This document shows positions 44,136 through 52,853 of a DNA stretch of 64,000 nt, one piece after another (within the stretch, counting starts at the first letter, position 1; each line of letters opens with the position of its first letter). The notes under the pieces are model-generated. The model searched no databases. It was not told where the DNA came from and was given only the letters and a program-made list of their open reading frames with translations. The DNA is taken from positions 832,001-896,000 of the forward strand of contig CBDCSU010000004.1 of assembly GCA_965221775.1 (NCBI GenBank), in the 5' to 3' direction. A program made the position numbers and the translations under genes. The DNA is from Candidatus Latescibacterota bacterium (GTDB taxonomy: Bacteria; Latescibacterota; UBA2968; UBA8231).

Positions 44136-46058
44136 ATGGACCCGATCCGAGCCACCCTGCCCGCCGCCGAGGCGCCCGCCTGGGCCGTCTGGCAGCGCCG
44201 CCTCCTCGACGCCATGAACGCCGCCGTCGAGCCCTACACCGAGGCCTACTGCGAGGCCGACGGAAGCCTGATCTGGCGCCACGACTCGGCCGGCAGCCCC
44301 GACGACTTCTACGAGGCCTTCTTCAACTGGCCGCTGCTCTACCTGATCGGCGGCGCCGGCGATCTGCTGCCGCGGGCGCACCGGCACTGGCGCGCCGTCA
44401 CCCGGCAGCTCACCTCCTTCGGCCTGGTGCGCGACGAGTACGCCCTCCGGGAGGACCAGTTCCACCAGGCCGAGAGCGACATCTTCTTCTACAGCCTCTG
44501 CCTGGCCGATCCCGCCGACGAGGCCACCGTCGCCCGCGCCTGCCGCTTCGCCGACCTCTACACCGGCCACGACCCCGGCGTCGACAACTGGGACGGCGGC
44601 CGCAAGCTGATCCGCTGCGCCCTCAACGGCTCCGGCGGCGCCGCCCTCGACTTCTACGGTCCCGACCACTCGTACGGCTGGTCCGAGGGCATGTCCGTGT
44701 ACGGCCTCCCCTACCACGACGTGCCCGGGGTGGAGACCGTCGAAGATCTGAAGGACCCCGCCAAGGCCCGGGCCATGGGCGCCGCCATGGCCCGGCGCAT
44801 GGGCCGCGGCGACGCCGTCCCCAACCTCGCCGTGACCAGCCTGGTGACCAACGCCTGGCTGCTCACGGGTGAGGACCGCTACCGCGCCTGGGTCCTCGAC
44901 TACGCCGGCCGCTGGGCCGAGCTGGCCCGGGCCAACGGCGGACTGCTGCCCGACAACGTCGGCCTCTCCGGCGAGGTGGGCGAGCACCTGGACGGCAAGT
45001 GGCACGGCGCCCTCTACGGCTGGACCTGGCCCCACGGGTTCTACAACGTGCAGCAGGCCGCCCTGCTGGCCGCCGGCGCCGCCCTGCTCATGACCGGCGA
45101 CACCTCGTGGCTGGAGATCCCGCGGGCCCAGCAGGACCGCATCTTCGAGATGGGCGAGACGCGCGACCTGCGGCGCCAGCAGATGAGCCTGCACCACCAC
45201 TGGATCGGCCACTGGCGGGGCCTGGAGCGCGCCGGTCGCCACGACACCTGGGTCGTCCCCTACCGATACGGCGACGGCGGCTGGTTCGACTGGCAGCCCC
45301 TCTCCCCCATCTACCCGGCGGCCCTCTGGAACCTCTCCATGGACCCGGCCGACTGGCGCCGCATCGAGGAGCTGCGCGCCCGGGAGGCCTACGACTGGGC
45401 CGATCTCTTCAGCTTCCGCAACAAGGAGGACGCCGGCCACGAGCAGCCGTGGCTGCGCTTCCTGGACGGCGCCAACCCCGGCTTTCCGGAGCGCATGCTG
45501 AGCGCCAGCTACGGCGAGGTCGCCCGCCGCCTCGACCTGATCCGCGCCGACGACGAGCACGACACCCACCGCGACGTGCACCGCTGGCAGCACGTGAACC
45601 CGGTCTCGACGGAGGCCCTGGTGCAGCAGACCCTGGGCGCTCCCCAGTCGCTCTACAACGGCGGGCTCCTGCATTGCCGGGTGCGCTATTGGAACCGCGA
45701 CCGCCGGCGGCCGGGTCTGCCCGCCGACGTGGCCTCCCTCGTGGAGGAGCTGTCGGCGGAGCGCGCCGTCGTGACCCTGGTGAACCTGGGCCCCTTCGAG
45801 GAGCGCCGGCTGACGGTGCGCGCCGGGGCCTTCGGCGAGCACCGCTTCGGCCGCGTCACCTGGGACCGCCGCCTGAGCGCCTACCCCGGCGACAGCGCCG
45901 ACTACGCCGCCGAGCCCCTGGCCGCCGGGGGCGACAGCCGCGACGTGGACGACACCCACCTGTCCGTCGACCTGCCGCCGGCGACGCGGATCACGCTGGA
46001 GTTGGAGACGCGGCGTTATGTGGGCCGGGCGAGTGCGGCCCTGGCGTGGCCGGGGTGA
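44136..46058 (+). CDS. Conserved-looking hypothetical protein, possibly an alpha-helical barrel glycosidase or lyase
   Basis: About 640 aa with strong host codon bias; DDFYEAFFNWPLLY, LLPDNVGL, YGWTWPHG; alternative in-frame start at 44106. Confidence 0.8.
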   Translation: MDPIRATLPAAEAPAWAVWQRRLLDAMNAAVEPYTEAYCEADGSLIWRHDSAGSPDDFYEAFFNWPLLYLIGGAGDLLPRAHRHWRAVTRQLTSFGLVRDEYALREDQFHQAESDIFFYSLCLADPADEATVARACRFADLYTGHDPGVDNWDGGRKLIRCALNGSGGAALDFYGPDHSYGWSEGMSVYGLPYHDVPGVETVEDLKDPAKARAMGAAMARRMGRGDAVPNLAVTSLVTNAWLLTGEDRYRAWVLDYAGRWAELARANGGLLPDNVGLSGEVGEHLDGKWHGALYGWTWPHGFYNVQQAALLAAGAALLMTGDTSWLEIPRAQQDRIFEMGETRDLRRQQMSLHHHWIGHWRGLERAGRHDTWVVPYRYGDGGWFDWQPLSPIYPAALWNLSMDPADWRRIEELRAREAYDWADLFSFRNKEDAGHEQPWLRFLDGANPGFPERMLSASYGEVARRLDLIRADDEHDTHRDVHRWQHVNPVSTEALVQQTLGAPQSLYNGGLLHCRVRYWNRDRRRPGLPADVASLVEELSAERAVVTLVNLGPFEERRLTVRAGAFGEHRFGRVTWDRRLSAYPGDSADYAAEPLAAGGDSRDVDDTHLSVDLPPATRITLELETRRYVGRASAALAWPG

Positions 46059-46079
46059 TGCCTTCGAGGAGGTGATGAC

Positions 46080-46406
46080 ATGACCCGCCTGGAGCCGATC
46101 CACCCCGGCGCAATCCTGAAGCACGACTTCATGGAACCGATGGGGTTGTCCGACACCGCCCTGGCGAAGGCGGTCGGGGTGACGCCGGCGCGGATCAACG
46201 AGATTGTCCGCGGCCGCCGGGGCATCACGGCGGAGACTGCGCTCCGTCTGGCGCGGTACTTCAATACCGATGCCCGGAGTTGGATGAACCTTCAGGACCG
46301 CTACGAGCTCGAACTCGCGGCGCGTGAGAAGGCCGAGGACCTGCGCGCCATCCGCCCGCGCGAGGAGGCGACTCCGGATGCTCGGTCCTTGGTCCCCGGA
46401 GCCTGA
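46080..46406 (+). CDS. higA: HigA family antitoxin (no intact toxin)
   Basis: PIHPGAILKHDFMEPMGLS...RINEIVRGRRGITAETALRLARYF...WMNLQ; GGAGGT SD. Confidence 0.92.
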   Translation: MTRLEPIHPGAILKHDFMEPMGLSDTALAKAVGVTPARINEIVRGRRGITAETALRLARYFNTDARSWMNLQDRYELELAAREKAEDLRAIRPREEATPDARSLVPGA

Positions 46407-46529
46407 CCGGAACCCCTGAGTCACTGGATCGTCTGACCTGGACTGCCGTCCCCGCGAGCGACAGCCGGGCCTCCCTCGCTCACCCCCGGGTGCGGGACGC
46501 GTCCGAGCCGTATCAGGAGGCGAGAGTCC

Positions 46530-47189
46530 ATGGCACGATCCGCCCTCATCGCCCTGGCCGGGCTGTTCCTGGCCGGCTGCGGCCTCTTTGCCCCGAAGAA
46601 GATCACGGGAGATGATGCCAAGGGGCCGCCGCCGAGCTCGACACTCACACCCCAGGTGGTGATGGACAACCTGGAGAGGGCCTTCGACGACCGCGACAGG
46701 AACCTGTACGAAACCCTCCTCGACGACGCCTTCTGGTTCACCGAGGCCGACTGCAGGGGCGACCTTCTCTACTACTACGGCAAGGAGGAGGAGCTGCGGA
46801 TCATGGGCCCCCGCGACGGCTCCTCCCACGGGATCTTCGACATCTACCGGGACATCGACTGGAAGTTCCACCCCTCCCGGCGCTACAGGGAGTTCGGCCG
46901 CGACCACCCCGACAGCTTCGAGGGCGATCCCGACGGGCACCCCGACGAAGACTGGGAGGTCTTCCGGGGCCGGGTGGAGATCCGGCTCATCGAGCGGCCG
47001 GGCGAGGGCTACTTCGTCGATCAGGTGATGACCTTCAAGATGCGCGAGGGCGACGACGGCCTCTGGCGCATCGTGCGCTGGATGGACGATCCCCTGTCCA
47101 CGGACTGCAGCGAGGGCGAGAGCGCCAAGCCGGCCGCCCGGCCGGCCTGGTCCCGGGTCAAGGCGGTCCCCGGAGAGGCCGGCTCCTAG
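46530..47189 (+). CDS. Lipoprotein, possibly NTF2-like fold, with a WSRVK tail
   Basis: AGGAGG SD; LFLAG-C lipobox; TPQVVMDNLERAF...WRIVRWMD; ends RPAWSRVKAVPGEAGS. Confidence 0.8.
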   Translation: MARSALIALAGLFLAGCGLFAPKKITGDDAKGPPPSSTLTPQVVMDNLERAFDDRDRNLYETLLDDAFWFTEADCRGDLLYYYGKEEELRIMGPRDGSSHGIFDIYRDIDWKFHPSRRYREFGRDHPDSFEGDPDGHPDEDWEVFRGRVEIRLIERPGEGYFVDQVMTFKMREGDDGLWRIVRWMDDPLSTDCSEGESAKPAARPAWSRVKAVPGEAGS

Positions 47190-47389
47190 CCGCTCTCGCC
47201 AACCAGGCTCACGCTCCTCCCTCCCGTCCGGGTCAACCCAGCTTCCCTGCCGTGCACGCCGAGGCCCCCGCCAGGGAGCCGCCAGCGGCTTGCTACCCCT
47301 GAGAGCCAATGTCGAAGTTCCGCCTCCGGGCACCGCCCATGGTGCGCCTGTCGGAGATGCTCCCTCATCGGCAACGGAAGCGACAATCC

Positions 47390-49579
47390 ATGAAGCCCCA
47401 CCCCACCCCCCTCCCCCCGCCCCGCAGCGACGCCACCGTCCTCCACGTCGACGCCGAGCACTACGTCGACACTCTCACCGGCCTGAACAACGCCGGCGTG
47501 CGCTGGCTCGGCGAGCCGTGGATCAAGGAAGCCCACGGCGTGACCGAGGTCACCCGCGGCTTCGCCTTCGCCGGGGAGCGCGCCCTGCACGCGGCGACGA
47601 CGGCACGGAAGCAGCGGGCCATGATCCGCGTCCTGGCGCGGGCCGACGCGCCGGACCCCGGGGAGGCGACGGTCGTCGAGTTCGTCTTTCGGCCGGTGCG
47701 CGGCAAGCCGGTGGAGCTGAGCGGCTGGATCGTCTTCCAGCCCTGCGACAGCGACATGGACCGGCGCACGGGGATCACCCTGATCGCCAACGGCAGCGCC
47801 GACAGCGGCCGTTACGATGTCGATGTGCTGGTAGGCGGCGGACGCCGGCCCCGCCGCCGGCGGCAGGTCGTGACCGGCCTCTCGCAGAGACGGTGGACGC
47901 GGTTCATCCTGATGCGCCGGAAGGGGGCGCCCACGGTGCAGCTGTGGGCCGGAGCGCCCGGCAAGGAGCAGTTCGCCGGCGCCTTCGCCGACCAGGACCC
48001 CGCCACCCCCATTCTCGCCGCCCGCGTGGGGGACGACTCGTCATCGGCGATCGCCGGCTCCGGGTACTGGGACGACATCCGCGTCGGCGGCCTGCTGCGG
48101 CGCGCCGCCGACCTGAGAGCGGGCGAGCCCGCCCCCGTGCTGCGGTTCAGCAGGCCGAAGCCGGTGGAGCCGATCCCGGTGGGACGGCCGCGGCAGCTGT
48201 TCGTCGACGACTGGCTGATCCACGAGGCCCGGGGCGTGAAACGGCGCCTTCACGCCATCGACAAGCATCCCGCCAATCCCCTGATCGTGCCCGAGCACCC
48301 GTGGGAAGGGGGAGCCGTCCTCGGCGGCGGCGCCGTCTTCCGCGACGAGGCGGGGAAGTTCCGCATGTACTACAAGGCGTACTGCCCGATCTACGGCCCG
48401 CCGCCCCGGCAGGAGCGCCGGCTCAAGCGGAGCGTCACCGGTCACGCCACCAGCGACGACGGCATCCACTGGGTCAAGCCGATGCTCGGCCTCCACACCT
48501 TCGAGGGCGTGGAGCAGACCAACATCGTCATCGCCAGCCGCGAGCGGGACGAGACCGAGCACGAGCTGTGGGAGCCCTGGGACGCCGCCACCGGGGCGCG
48601 GTCGGCGAACTCGATCACCCATGACCCGGACGAGCCCGACCCGGAGCAGCGCTACAAGGCCCTGGTGAAGGTGCGCGGCTTCTCCCTGCTGACGTCGCCC
48701 GACGGCATCCACTGGAAGGACCGCGGCACCCTCTTCGCCCAGGCCTACGACTGCACGGACACGGCCTTCGACCCCCTGCGCGGCGTTCACTTCGCCACGG
48801 CCAAGCTCCATTACCAGAAACGCCGGGGCCGCGGCTACGCCGAGAGCGCCGACGGCCTGAACTGGTCGGACACGGTCTTCCAGATGACGGTGGACGGGCG
48901 CGACGAGGCCGAGGACCAGATCTACGGGATGAACCCGTTCTACTACGAGACCGTGCACCTGTGCCTGATGCGCATGTACCACCTCGGCAAGCGGCACCGC
49001 CTCGACATCCAGCTGGCCTCGGCGCGCGACCCCCGGCACTGGGACCGCACCTTCCGCGAGCCCCTGATCCCCTGCGGCGACCGGACCCGCAACGAGTGGG
49101 ACTGGGCCAACAACACGGTGATCTCGGTGCCGCCGGTGCGCGTCGGCGACGAGCTGTGGTTCTACTACAGCGGCCGCACCGCCGACCACCTGTGGAGGGA
49201 CCACGAGGGCCGCAAGATCCACATGATGGACGACACCTGGGGCCGCATCGGCATGGGCAAGCTGCGCCTCGACGGCTTCGTCTCCGCCGGCGCCGGATCG
49301 CGCGGAGGGGTGCTCGAGACGAAGGCCCTGGAACTGCTCCATCCCCAGCTGTACGTGAACGCCGACGCCCGCGGCGGCGAGTTGCGCGCGGAGGTCACCG
49401 ACCTCGCCGGCCGGCCGCTGCCGGGATACGCCGCCGCCGACTGCGTGCCCGCGGCGCGGGACTCCGTGCGCCAGAGGATCCGCTTCCGGGAGCGCAACCG
49501 GCTGCCGGCTTCAGGCGCTCCCGTGCGCCTGCGCTTCCACCTGCGCGACGCGCGCCTCTACTCCTTCTGGACGCAGTAG
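47390..49579 (+). CDS. Beta-propeller glycoside hydrolase-like protein with Asp-box repeats and an extra N-terminal domain
   Basis: RQLFVDD, EHPWEG, SDDGIHW / SPDGIHW / SADGLNW, LWFYYSG, LRLDGFVS, LYSFW; start may be 47309. Confidence 0.8.
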   Translation: MKPHPTPLPPPRSDATVLHVDAEHYVDTLTGLNNAGVRWLGEPWIKEAHGVTEVTRGFAFAGERALHAATTARKQRAMIRVLARADAPDPGEATVVEFVFRPVRGKPVELSGWIVFQPCDSDMDRRTGITLIANGSADSGRYDVDVLVGGGRRPRRRRQVVTGLSQRRWTRFILMRRKGAPTVQLWAGAPGKEQFAGAFADQDPATPILAARVGDDSSSAIAGSGYWDDIRVGGLLRRAADLRAGEPAPVLRFSRPKPVEPIPVGRPRQLFVDDWLIHEARGVKRRLHAIDKHPANPLIVPEHPWEGGAVLGGGAVFRDEAGKFRMYYKAYCPIYGPPPRQERRLKRSVTGHATSDDGIHWVKPMLGLHTFEGVEQTNIVIASRERDETEHELWEPWDAATGARSANSITHDPDEPDPEQRYKALVKVRGFSLLTSPDGIHWKDRGTLFAQAYDCTDTAFDPLRGVHFATAKLHYQKRRGRGYAESADGLNWSDTVFQMTVDGRDEAEDQIYGMNPFYYETVHLCLMRMYHLGKRHRLDIQLASARDPRHWDRTFREPLIPCGDRTRNEWDWANNTVISVPPVRVGDELWFYYSGRTADHLWRDHEGRKIHMMDDTWGRIGMGKLRLDGFVSAGAGSRGGVLETKALELLHPQLYVNADARGGELRAEVTDLAGRPLPGYAAADCVPAARDSVRQRIRFRERNRLPASGAPVRLRFHLRDARLYSFWTQ

Positions 49580-49603
49580 GCGGGCGGATCAGCGGCGGGA
49601 AGG

Positions 49604-51757
49604 TCAGCCGCGGGACGCCCCGGCGGGGTCCGCGAGACCGACCAGCCGCCCGTCGTAGGTCCCCAGGCAGATGCCGTCGCCGGTGACGCAGACGGGGGCG
49701 CTGACGGGAGAGCCGAAGGACGTGCGGCTCTCGCAGGCGCCGGTGTCGGCGTCGAGGACGTGGAGGCAGCCGTCGTTGGCGCCCACGAGGACCCGGTCCC
49801 CGTGGAGGACCGGGTCGGCGAGGCTCGACCGCACCCGGCGGCGGGCGGTCACCATGTCCAGCAGATCCTCCCCCACCCCGTAGCGCCACAGCAGTTCCCC
49901 CGAGGGCAGGTCCACGCACAGGGCCTCGCCGTCGGGCGTGGTGGCGAAGATCCGGTCCTCCCGGGCCGCCAGGCCCGCCGGGTACCGCGAGGGCAGGACC
50001 GGACGGTGCCAGACGACCTCGCCCGTCCGCGCCCGCAGCACGATCAGGGGCGCGGGGTCCCCGTGGTACCAGTGCACTTCGCGGACCTCGCTGCCGCTGA
50101 CCAGCAGGTCACCGGCCAGGGCGGGGCGGGCCAGCGGGTGCTCGACGTACAGATCCCGTTCCCAGACCACCCCTCCCTCGCGGCGGTCCATGGCGAGAAG
50201 ACCCCGGCGCGGGACGAAGAGGAGGAGGAGGTCCCCCCATACCCGGGGGCCGGCGTAGCACGGGCCGTCGTCGCCGGTGTCGAAGACGACGTACCACCGC
50301 TGCGCGCCCGTCTCCCGGTCGAAGGCGCCGCAGCCGCCCTTGTTGCCGACGAAGACGGCGTCTCCGGCGATGACGGGCGAGGTGTAGACCCAGCGCCCGG
50401 GAAAGCCGGGCAGGTCGGCCTGCCAGCGGACCCGTCCCGAGTCCGTCTCCAGCACGTGGAGCCGGCCGCACACGGAGAGGGCGGCGCAGCAGCCCGCGCC
50501 CGCGGCGACGCTGTTCTTGACCGCCGAATCGGTCGGCGTCAGCCACTGGCGCTCGCCGCTACGGGCGTCGACGCAGACCACTCCGCTGCCGCCGGGATCT
50601 CCCTCGTGGGCCAGGCTCACCAGGACGCGGCCGTCCGCGGCTACCGGCGCCGCCCGGTGCAGCCCCGCCGGCAACTGGTGCGTCCACCGGACCTCCAGGG
50701 GCCGCTCCTCCCGCGAGGCCGAGGAACCGCTGCCGCCCAGGGCCCTGAGCGGGATCCGCGCCTCCCCTTGCCCGAAGTCGACGAGACGGTAGCCCCGGGG
50801 GCGGGTGTCGAGGCCGCCGATGCCGAGGGGGGGCGTCCCGGCGATCGTGATCCCGCCCTGGACGAGGAGCTTGCTCGCGTGCCAGTGCCCGTGCAGGACC
50901 AGCCGCGCGCCGGTACCGTTCAGCAGGTCCAGCAGGGCCGCCGACGGGGGGATATGAGTGAAGACGACCACCTCCCGGCCGGCGGGCTGCGCCGCCAGGT
51001 CGCTCAGCAGCCAGGCCTGCTTCCGGTCGCGGTCGCCGGGGGCGAGGAAGTTCTCCTCGTTCGGATAGAGGACGAAGTGCCGGCCCCCCCGGTCGAAGCT
51101 GTACCAGGCCGGTCCGAGGACCTCCTCGTAGTTGCGGATGAAGCTGACCCCCTCCCGCTGCCGCACGATCCGCCGGATCTCGTCCTGGCGGCGGTTGCGC
51201 TTCAGCTCCGCGAGACTCTCGGCGGACAGATCTCCGAAGCGCTCCCGGTTGCCGTCGTGTCCGCCGAACATGGGCCTCACCGGCACCCCCACATCCGCCA
51301 CCGCCTCGCGGAAGCTCTCCAGCTCGGGCGGCGTCCCCCAGTCGGTCAGGTCGCCGCTGACCACGATCAGGTCGGGGTCCGCCTCGGCGATCAGGTCGCG
51401 CAGGTCCGCCCGCACGATCTCCCCCGTCATGCGGTACCCCTCCGCTCCCACGTGGGTATCGGTGACGTGGGCCAGCCGCAGGCTCCGCCGCTCTCCCCCG
51501 GGCTCCGGCACGAGATCGAAGTCGACGTCCCGCCGTGGCGCGTCCCAGCCGCGGGTGGAGCGGTGGAACTCCGCGGACAGCCGGAAGCCGTCGGGCACGC
51601 TCACCCACACGAACCGGTGCTCCCCCGGCTCGATCTCCAGCTCGTAGCGCCCGCCGGCATCGGTGCGCACCACGTGCTCGCCGTTGGAGAGACACACATT
51701 TTCCAGGCCCCTCCCGGAACCCGCCTCCCGCACCCTGCCCTCGATTTGGATCGTCAT
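49604..51757 (-). CDS. Calcineurin-like metallophosphoesterase fused to a PQQ-like beta-propeller
   Basis: N-terminal MetallophosN-like region; TDTH, SGDL, GGHD, THIP, GHWH; repeated D..TG...W propeller blades. Confidence 0.87.
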   Translation of the reverse strand: MTIQIEGRVREAGSGRGLENVCLSNGEHVVRTDAGGRYELEIEPGEHRFVWVSVPDGFRLSAEFHRSTRGWDAPRRDVDFDLVPEPGGERRSLRLAHVTDTHVGAEGYRMTGEIVRADLRDLIAEADPDLIVVSGDLTDWGTPPELESFREAVADVGVPVRPMFGGHDGNRERFGDLSAESLAELKRNRRQDEIRRIVRQREGVSFIRNYEEVLGPAWYSFDRGGRHFVLYPNEENFLAPGDRDRKQAWLLSDLAAQPAGREVVVFTHIPPSAALLDLLNGTGARLVLHGHWHASKLLVQGGITIAGTPPLGIGGLDTRPRGYRLVDFGQGEARIPLRALGGSGSSASREERPLEVRWTHQLPAGLHRAAPVAADGRVLVSLAHEGDPGGSGVVCVDARSGERQWLTPTDSAVKNSVAAGAGCCAALSVCGRLHVLETDSGRVRWQADLPGFPGRWVYTSPVIAGDAVFVGNKGGCGAFDRETGAQRWYVVFDTGDDGPCYAGPRVWGDLLLLFVPRRGLLAMDRREGGVVWERDLYVEHPLARPALAGDLLVSGSEVREVHWYHGDPAPLIVLRARTGEVVWHRPVLPSRYPAGLAAREDRIFATTPDGEALCVDLPSGELLWRYGVGEDLLDMVTARRRVRSSLADPVLHGDRVLVGANDGCLHVLDADTGACESRTSFGSPVSAPVCVTGDGICLGTYDGRLVGLADPAGASRG

Positions 51758-51764
51758 CGGCCTC

Positions 51765-52829
51765 TCACTCCGGGTAGCGGAACTCCTCGTACTCGTCCTT
51801 GCCCAGGGGATGGAGGTGGATCCTCATCATCCGCTCTCTCGCGGAGGCGAACATCACCTGGCAGGAGATCAGGTCGTCCACGTTCCGTCCCGCCGTCTGC
51901 AGGATGCGCCCCGGCGCGTGGACGTCGAAGCAGAAGTCGACCAGCTCCTGCATGCTCTTCATGCGCGCGAAGAGGTTGCGGAAGTGGGCGAAGTACATGA
52001 CCCGCGCCTGGGAGTTGTAGTAGTAGGAGCCGTTCCACCAGTCGGGATTCGCCGCGCGGGAAGGAACCTGGAGGCCGGGGTGCTGCCAGTGGTTGACCTC
52101 CAGGAGCATGCCGTCCTGGGCCTCGGAGACGGCGATGTTCTCCGACTCCAGCTCCAGGCCGAGGATGTTGCCCGCCGCGTCGACGGTGACCAGGATCATC
52201 CCCTTTTGTCCCGAGAGGCGGTACTGCTCGACGAAGTGGCGCACGTCGCCGCAGTCGGCGCAGTGCTGGGCCAGCAGGTGGACGATGAAGTAGAGGTTGA
52301 GGCACTCCGGGTTGGAGACGGGGTTGAACCGGCGGTGCCCGGAGTTGGCCCCCACCAGAAGACCCGAGTCGTTCACCGCCGCCCCCAGGGTGACGTGGCG
52401 CTGGCCGCCGAGTCCCATCATGCCGTGGGGCTTGGCGTCGGGGAAGATGGAGACCACGGTGTTGTCCACCGTGCCCGGCACCGTGTCGTCGTGCCCGTCG
52501 TTGGTCGACAGCATGGCCGGACCGTCCTCCTGCAGGACGATCCCGAGGGTGGAGCAGGCATCCGATCCGGCCCCCGTCCAGTGCACGTGGCTGTAGTACG
52601 CGTGGTCGAAGGGCATGCCCGCGGCCTCGGCGAAGGCCTCGATCTGCTCGACCATCTCCGGGAACTCGCGCCGCATGAAGGCCAGGTTCCCGCGGAAGTA
52701 CGGATCCTCGAAATCGTGGGGCCGGGCGAGCCAGAACTCCACGTAGGCTCGTGCCGCCTCGGGGTCCATCGCGCCCTGGGCGGCTCCCACATCGGCGGGA
52801 GAACCGCGGAACTCGCGCTTTTTCACCAA
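51765..52829 (-). CDS. C45 family autoproteolytic acyltransferase / Ntn hydrolase
   Basis: DA-CST cleavage site with Cys nucleophile, TND, VNDSGL, VNHW; AAAGGAG SD. Confidence 0.78.
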   Translation of the reverse strand: MVKKREFRGSPADVGAAQGAMDPEAARAYVEFWLARPHDFEDPYFRGNLAFMRREFPEMVEQIEAFAEAAGMPFDHAYYSHVHWTGAGSDACSTLGIVLQEDGPAMLSTNDGHDDTVPGTVDNTVVSIFPDAKPHGMMGLGGQRHVTLGAAVNDSGLLVGANSGHRRFNPVSNPECLNLYFIVHLLAQHCADCGDVRHFVEQYRLSGQKGMILVTVDAAGNILGLELESENIAVSEAQDGMLLEVNHWQHPGLQVPSRAANPDWWNGSYYYNSQARVMYFAHFRNLFARMKSMQELVDFCFDVHAPGRILQTAGRNVDDLISCQVMFASARERMMRIHLHPLGKDEYEEFRYPE

Positions 52830-52853
52830 AGGCTCCTTTCGTGGGTCCGGGTG

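Noticed and set aside
42872-46406. Prophage, IS element or integron explaining the TA cassettes
   Set aside because: No integrase, transposase, terminal inverted repeats, attC-like sites or shared flanking repeats could be identified by eye.
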